64,000 bases of DNA from Candidatus Latescibacterota bacterium (GTDB lineage: Bacteria; Latescibacterota; UBA2968; GCA-2709665), in the NCBI GenBank assembly GCA_963667175.2, contig CAXXXF010000015.1:1-64000 (forward strand). The letters run 5' to 3'. This document shows positions 58,381 to 64,000 of the stretch, piece by piece. Position 1 is the stretch's first letter. Every line of letters begins with the position of its first letter. Under the pieces are notes generated by a model. The model was not told the DNA's origin. It ran no database searches and saw only the letters and a list, made by a program, of their open reading frames with translations. The translations under genes and the position numbers were made by a program.

Positions 58381-59424
58381 ATGTCTGGCAGAACCTATCG
58401 TGCCGGGATCGTGGGCCTGGGCTTTATTGGCGGCGCGGATCAGGTTTCGGGCGACGCAATCGGGCAATTCGTAAGCGACCTGGACGGTACCCACGTCGAT
58501 GCGTTGAGCGGACATCCGCGGGTCGTGATCGGGTCCGGGGCCAGCCGGGACAGCGGACGGAGGGAGCGGTTTCACGCCCGAACGGGCGTACCGACCTACG
58601 CCGACTGGCGGGAAATGCTGGCAGAGGAATCACTCGACGTCGTAAGCGTCGCGACCTATGCGCCATTTCATGTCGACGTCACGGTCGCCTGCGCGCAACA
58701 AGGGGTGCGAGCCGTCTATTGCGAAAAACCCGTCGCGACCCGTGCATCGGACGCGGAGCGGATGCGCAGCGCATGCGATGACGCCGGAACGCTCCTCGTC
58801 GTGAACCACAACCGCCGTTTTCAGGCCAACGCGCGGCGTCTGCGCGACCTCGTGGTCGAAGGCGCATTGGGCAACCTGACGTCGGCAACCGTGCAATGGG
58901 GCTCGGGGCGGCTTGGCAACGTCGGAACGCATATGATCGATACGATCCAGATGTTGACGGGACGGGCCGTCGAGGCGGTCTCGGGCACGCTGGATCCGGC
59001 CGGGAAGCCGGATTGCCGCGGGCCACAGTTCCGCGACCCTGGCGGATGGGGCATGCTGCGTCTCGAGCGCGGACTGATCTGTACGGTCGACGCGGCGGAC
59101 GATGCGACGTTGCCGCCGAGGATCGCGGTCCACGGTACGGAAGGCTGCGCCGCGCTCGACGGCAGGGACGTGTTCCTGGAATTCCGGGACGGGCGGCGGG
59201 AGAACTGGCCCGATCCTCACGGTTCCCAATCGTCGATGGACGTGGCGGTGGGCGAGATCGTGGATTGGCTGGACGACGTAGCGCCCTTTCCCTATGCCGC
59301 TACGGAAGCTGCGCGGACGCTGGAGGCCATTGTGGGTTTTCACGTATCCCACTCCAGGAAGGCCGCGTGGGTCGGGTTGCCGTTGACGGGACCGGACCGG
59401 GAATACGAGGTCTTGAGCGGTTAG
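58381..59424 (+). CDS. Gfo/Idh/MocA family oxidoreductase
   Basis: GIVGLGFIG, CEKP, NHNRRF, GTHMID. Confidence 0.92.
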   Translation: MSGRTYRAGIVGLGFIGGADQVSGDAIGQFVSDLDGTHVDALSGHPRVVIGSGASRDSGRRERFHARTGVPTYADWREMLAEESLDVVSVATYAPFHVDVTVACAQQGVRAVYCEKPVATRASDAERMRSACDDAGTLLVVNHNRRFQANARRLRDLVVEGALGNLTSATVQWGSGRLGNVGTHMIDTIQMLTGRAVEAVSGTLDPAGKPDCRGPQFRDPGGWGMLRLERGLICTVDAADDATLPPRIAVHGTEGCAALDGRDVFLEFRDGRRENWPDPHGSQSSMDVAVGEIVDWLDDVAPFPYAATEAARTLEAIVGFHVSHSRKAAWVGLPLTGPDREYEVLSG

Positions 59425-59633
59425 CAGTCCGTTGGAAACGTCGCTCTGCAGGCGAGGCCGAGTCATTGTGGCCGAAGACAAGACGCGCCTGTCTGCGTGC
59501 GGACACGCACAGGCAGGCGACCGACGCGAATCCCTGGATTCGGGGAGGGAGCGCCTGCCTGCCGCAGGCAGGCAACGAAGTATTTCGGTCACAAGGGCCG
59601 GACGCAGTCCGGATGGACTTTATCAACGGGCTG
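59425..59633. mobile_element. 209-bp MITE with imperfect 18-bp TIRs and TTAG target-site duplication
   Basis: Left CAGTCCGTTGGAAACGTC vs right (reverse complement) CAGCCCGTTGATAAAGTC; TTAG at 59421-59424 and 59634-59637. Confidence 0.8.
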
Positions 59634-59650
59634 TTAGGCAGTGAACCCGG

Positions 59651-60424
59651 CTATCCGGGCGCCGGGCCGTACTCCAGAATGGCGTCGTCCGGCCCCACCG
59701 GACAGGGGGATTGATCGGCGGTTTTCTTACCCGCGAGTTGGGGGTTGCCCAGAGCGTTGTAACAGATGATGAACGACCGCCGATGGCGGCTGGACGCATT
59801 GGGCGTTGAGGAATGGAGCAGGTTGCAGTGGAAGAAGAGGACCGAACCCGGTGACATCTCGCAATTGATGCAATCGAACAGGGGTTCGATACCCTCGATT
59901 CTTGCGGGTTCGGCGCCGGTCTGGGTGCCGACTCTGACGTGGTCCAGCCGCCCCAGATGGTGTGACCCGCGTAGAACACGAAGGCAGCCGTTTTCCGGCC
60001 TGCATTCGTCCAGGGCGATAAACGCGCTGATCATCCTGGGAAAGACGAACCCCTGATTGTACCAGTACCCGTAGTCCTGGTGCCATTCCCACGCCCCGCC
60101 TTCATGGGCGTCCTTGAACATCACCTTGCCGTGGAAGAAGGCGACCTCTTCGCCCAGAAGGATGCGGATATTGTTGACGATGCGGGGACACGTGGAAACC
60201 GCGGTCCAGATATCGTTTCCCAGTTCGTGCCAGATCGCCAGCCTGGACGACTTTCCCGATGCGTCCGACGTGGCGCGGGTGTTCTCGGCCACCCGCGCGC
60301 CCGTTTCGACCGCGTCGAGCAGAATGCGGACTTCGGCTTCACTGAAGAGGTTGTCCAACAGGACGTAACCGTTCCTGCGAAAACCGGCAACTCCGTCGGG
60401 ATCCAGGGTTTTCGGCAACTCCAT
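59651..60424 (-). CDS. Phytanoyl-CoA dioxygenase (PhyH) family Fe/2OG enzyme
   Basis: WHQDYGYW, ENGCL...GSH, FHCNLLH.S..N. Confidence 0.92.
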   Translation of the reverse strand: MELPKTLDPDGVAGFRRNGYVLLDNLFSEAEVRILLDAVETGARVAENTRATSDASGKSSRLAIWHELGNDIWTAVSTCPRIVNNIRILLGEEVAFFHGKVMFKDAHEGGAWEWHQDYGYWYNQGFVFPRMISAFIALDECRPENGCLRVLRGSHHLGRLDHVRVGTQTGAEPARIEGIEPLFDCINCEMSPGSVLFFHCNLLHSSTPNASSRHRRSFIICYNALGNPQLAGKKTADQSPCPVGPDDAILEYGPAPG

Positions 60425-60716
60425 CTTTCGCCCTTTCTGCCATAGCTGGGGTTTTTCAGGCTGGTCTGAATCTCGTAGATTGAGGCATTGCGTCCGCGTG
60501 CGAAGTGATTTCATGATGAATATAGGTACTGCGCCGAGGATTCGCAACCGGCGATGTTCGGATCTGCATCGGGACCGGAGGTTTCCAGGAAAACCGGGAA
60601 TATCGGGAAGTCCTCTCTTCTGGAAGTTTGGATAATTACGACGCAGTGCCATACGGGGTCTCCACATTGATCACTTTGGGACGCATATTCGTCTTGGCAA
60701 ACATAAGCGCCGTTTG

Positions 60717-60745
60717 CTGAAAAGACCCCGTCAGGGTCTTTTCAG
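60717..60745. terminator. Hairpin / intrinsic terminator
   Basis: CTGAAAAGACCC-CGTCA-GGGTCTTTTCAG. Confidence 0.65.
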
Positions 60746-61202
60746 TTTGGCGATTTCCGCTGTGACATGGAGAATCTGATTGACACCCATGTATATCTTA
60801 ACCTACTTTTAGCTGTTGCAACGGGTCTAAATTCGGTCTATCAGACTTGGCCAAAAGTCTAACTCCCGCAGTCATATTCGGTTGAATCGTACTTCGATGC
60901 ACGGGAAGCCTCTGCAATAATGGGCGACGTTGGTAGATCGAAATCTAACAGCGTCAACTCGGGTCCGGCTCGCGCACAGGACAACAGACATGAGCATTGT
61001 CAATCGCGCGGACAATTTCGCCTCCAATTGCCGCAGGAGCAACCAGCGAAGGCGGTGGCGGACCACCTTATTTTGCAAAGTACGTGGCAGTCCTTTTTTG
61101 CGGATCGAAATGCCAGATTCAACAGTTGGTCGAAGAGTCTGACCGGGAGGAACACTGTATCGAGTTCAACTCGACAACAACGCACGCCGGAGTAGAACAA
61201 AA

Positions 61203-63905
61203 GTGAAAGAGACGACGGATTCCAACTCAGACCCTAGGGCGCCTTCGGGAGCACGATTCTACAAGTGCGCGCTTCAAGTGAACCCTCACCATTATGGCGG
61301 TACCTTCCGGGGGCAGCCATCAGATGGGGACGCGATTAGCCACGCACAGGCGATTGTGAATAAGGCTGTTGACCTCGGTATCGAGGTACTCGCCATCACC
61401 GATCACAATAATGTCAGCGATGTCGCCGTTTTTCGATCCGCTGCACGCACTCGCGGTGTCCGTATCTTCCCTGGCTTTGAGCTATCTTCCAGAGAGGGCG
61501 TGCATATCTTGTGCCTTTATCCCCCTGACACCGACGAGGTCCAGCTCGGTCGTTATCTCGGCGAGTTCGGCATTCGTGATACGAGTCCCTCCTCGGATTT
61601 AGCCAAACAGACGTTTACGGAAGCGTTGGAGGTGGTACCCAGCCAAGGGGGGATTGCCATCGCGGCGCACGTTACGAACGATGGCGGCCTCTTCAAGGTT
61701 TTGTCCCGTCAAGCTAGAATCCGCGCATGGCAGGACGATAACCTCCTCGCAATCCAGATTCCGGGCTTGGTCCAGGATCTTCCAGAGGACGTCCGCCCAA
61801 TCGTAGAGAACCGGAATACCGACTATCGGCGCCTTCACGCACCCGATGACGGCCACGCGATCGCGGTTGTTAATGCGAAGGACATCGTGAAACCGGAACA
61901 ACTCAATGGCCGAACGGCTACTTGTTGGATCAAAATGCAGGAAGTCACTATTGACGGATTGCGCCAAGCCTTCCTGGACCCGGGATCGCGCATACGTCTG
62001 AACCCCAAGGAAGGAAGGTTTGAGCCCGACGACCACATGGAAATAGTTACTGTGGCGTGGGAGGGCGGATTTCTGGACGGTGTGACCGTACATCTCAATC
62101 CTAATTTAAATGTCCTGATCGGGGGGCGCGGTACGGGAAAATCGACGGTGATCGAAAGCATCCGCAGCGCGCTTGGACTTGATCCTATCGGCGACGAGGC
62201 GCGCAAGGCCCATGACGGAATCGTGCGTCAGGTTCTGCGCAACGGCACAAAGATATCGCTTCGTGTGCGTGTCCAGCGTCCAGGTGTTCGCGAATATCGC
62301 ATCGAGCGCACCATCCCCAATCCGCCGCTGGTCCGCGAAGTGACCGGCGAGGTGCTGCACCGTGCGCCGGCGGACATACTACCGCGAGTCGAAGCCTATG
62401 GTCAGCACGAGATTTCGGAACTTGCAAGAAGCCCCGATAAACTTACGCGCTTGCTCGATCGCTTCGTTGAGCGGGATGATTCACTCGCACGTCGCAAGAT
62501 GTCGGTCACGCGTGACCTCGACAGGAATCGCCGCGCTCTGGGCGAAGCCCGCGCCGAGATTAAGTCGATCCAAGAGCGACTCGCTGCACTTCCCAGGCTG
62601 AACGAAACGCTTGAGCGATTCCAGGAAGTGGGCCTTGAGGAGCGTCTAAAGGAGCAGAGCCTGCTCTTGCGAGAGGAGCGTGTGATTGGTTCCGTTCCTC
62701 AACGTCTGGCGCCCTTCCGGGAGGCACTAGATATCTTGCGTAGTGAGCTACCGATCGATTTGGTCTTTCTGTCTGAGAAAGCGCTAGAGGAACTGCCTGG
62801 CAGGGACATTCTTTCCGAGGCGAGCAGGACGCTCACCGATCTGGGGGAGGAAGTCGGCCACATTGCCGATAGGATGGAGCAAGCTTTGGTGCGCGCTGAT
62901 CAAGGTATCGAACAGGTGCGGACCAGGTGGGACGTGCGCAGGCGGCAGGTTAAGGCCGAGTACGAACGTATTCTGCGCGAGCTTCAGAAATCGCGAGTGG
63001 ATGGAGAGGAGTTCATCCGCGTTCGGCGCCAGATCGAGGAACTGCGACCGCTTCAAGAGCGGCTGGTAGTTCTGCGGAGATTGGCGAAGGAACACGCCGA
63101 CCAACGTCGCACGCTGCTTGCCGAGTGGGAAGACATCAAGGCTTCAGAGTTCCGTACCTTGGACGAGGCCGCGAGGAAGGTCAGCAACAAACTTCATAAC
63201 CGTGTACAGGTGGAGGTGACCGGCGCGGGAAACCGTGAACCGCTCTTTCAGATGCTGCGAAACGAGATCGGCGGCCGCATGTCAGAAGCCATAGAGAGCC
63301 TGAGTAACTCACCTGACCTATCCCTTCCGCAGTTCGTCAAAGCTTGCCGGTCCGGTGCCGACGCGCTGCGCAAGACCTACGACCTCACGCCCGGTCAGGC
63401 CGAACGTCTCGCCAACGGCGAGGATCAGGTGTTTATGCAAATTGAGGAACTGGAGCTCATACCCACCACTTCGATTCGCCTTAACACGGCGCCGGCGGGC
63501 GATCCGCCCGCGTGGCAGTCTTTGGAAGATCTGTCGACCGGTCAGAAGGCAACCGCCGTCCTCTTGCTTCTGCTCCTCGAATCAGGTGCCCCACTGATCG
63601 TGGATCAGCCGGAGGACGATCTTGACAACCGCTTTATCACTGAAGGCGTCGTGCCGCGCATGCGCGAGGAGAAGCAACGACGGCAGTTTATCTTTTCATC
63701 GCACAATGCGAACATTCCCGTGCTCGGGGACGCCGAGTTGATCCTCGGTCTTTCCGCTGCCGGTGATGCAGACAGAGGACGAGCGCGTGTCTCGCCCGAG
63801 CATTCGGGGTCGATCGACTCCCGAACGGTTCGCGAGCTAGTGGAGGAGATCCTCGAGGGCGGTCGCGAGGCATTCGAGACGCGACGCAGGAAGTACGGGT
63901 TCTGA
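61203..63905 (+). CDS. PHP domain-SMC-like ABC ATPase fusion (Ppl/TrlF-like)
   Basis: AITDHN, GFE and AAHV PHP motifs; GGRGTGKST, coiled coil, LSTGQK, IVDQPEDDLDN, SHNAN. Confidence 0.9.
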   Translation: MKETTDSNSDPRAPSGARFYKCALQVNPHHYGGTFRGQPSDGDAISHAQAIVNKAVDLGIEVLAITDHNNVSDVAVFRSAARTRGVRIFPGFELSSREGVHILCLYPPDTDEVQLGRYLGEFGIRDTSPSSDLAKQTFTEALEVVPSQGGIAIAAHVTNDGGLFKVLSRQARIRAWQDDNLLAIQIPGLVQDLPEDVRPIVENRNTDYRRLHAPDDGHAIAVVNAKDIVKPEQLNGRTATCWIKMQEVTIDGLRQAFLDPGSRIRLNPKEGRFEPDDHMEIVTVAWEGGFLDGVTVHLNPNLNVLIGGRGTGKSTVIESIRSALGLDPIGDEARKAHDGIVRQVLRNGTKISLRVRVQRPGVREYRIERTIPNPPLVREVTGEVLHRAPADILPRVEAYGQHEISELARSPDKLTRLLDRFVERDDSLARRKMSVTRDLDRNRRALGEARAEIKSIQERLAALPRLNETLERFQEVGLEERLKEQSLLLREERVIGSVPQRLAPFREALDILRSELPIDLVFLSEKALEELPGRDILSEASRTLTDLGEEVGHIADRMEQALVRADQGIEQVRTRWDVRRRQVKAEYERILRELQKSRVDGEEFIRVRRQIEELRPLQERLVVLRRLAKEHADQRRTLLAEWEDIKASEFRTLDEAARKVSNKLHNRVQVEVTGAGNREPLFQMLRNEIGGRMSEAIESLSNSPDLSLPQFVKACRSGADALRKTYDLTPGQAERLANGEDQVFMQIEELELIPTTSIRLNTAPAGDPPAWQSLEDLSTGQKATAVLLLLLLESGAPLIVDQPEDDLDNRFITEGVVPRMREEKQRRQFIFSSHNANIPVLGDAELILGLSAAGDADRGRARVSPEHSGSIDSRTVRELVEEILEGGREAFETRRRKYGF

Positions 63906-63908
63906 TCG

Positions 63909-64000
63909 ATGAACAAGACAGAATTGCTCGAATTCATCGCCAGTCAGGAGAACTCCCGGGTCGAGTTCAAACGTGACGATTGTCATCCAGATCAGTTGAC
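63909..64000 (+). CDS. Partial AlbA_2 (Schlafen-like) domain protein, runs off the window
   Basis: MNKTELLEFIASQENSRVEFKRDD (E...VEFK motif). Confidence 0.8.
   Translation, partial: MNKTELLEFIASQENSRVEFKRDDCHPDQL

Noticed and set aside
60872-61206. Short ORFs upstream of the PHP-ATPase
   Set aside because: Overlapping 66-91 aa frames without RBS or motifs; none favoured

Overview
This is a GC-rich (roughly 60-65% by eye) bacterial chromosome segment. Its gene content (GWxTD protein, heparinase II/III-like and PhyH enzymes, many TA modules, palindromic REP/MITE elements) suggests a Latescibacterota/Poribacteria-like organism, which is an inference. Housekeeping and metabolic content: an argR-C-B-D-G-H operon with ARG boxes, glycan/sugar catabolic clusters, a beta-CASP ribonuclease, an nfeD-nfeD'-floA-yqfB-like membrane microdomain locus, an ABC-2 exporter, tRNA-Met(CAT) and tRNA-Leu(CAA). 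Immediately downstream of tRNA-Leu is a visibly AT-richer ~9.7 kb island (about 42360-52080) with no integrase. It carries a DUF3800 nuclease-fold gene, a 3-TM gene, and a tightly coupled six-gene minus-strand operon: ParB-like, PD-(D/E)XK nuclease, SNF2 helicase, second ParB-like, cobalamin-binding-type radical SAM, GHKL (MORC/Hsp90-like) ATPase. I cannot match this combination to a named defence system. It is the best candidate in the window for an undescribed DNA-modification/anti-phage system. The window ends in a PHP-ABC ATPase (Ppl/TrlF-like) gene with a degenerate PHP metal site, followed by the start of an AlbA_2 gene. All family assignments come from motifs read by eye; no database searches were run.
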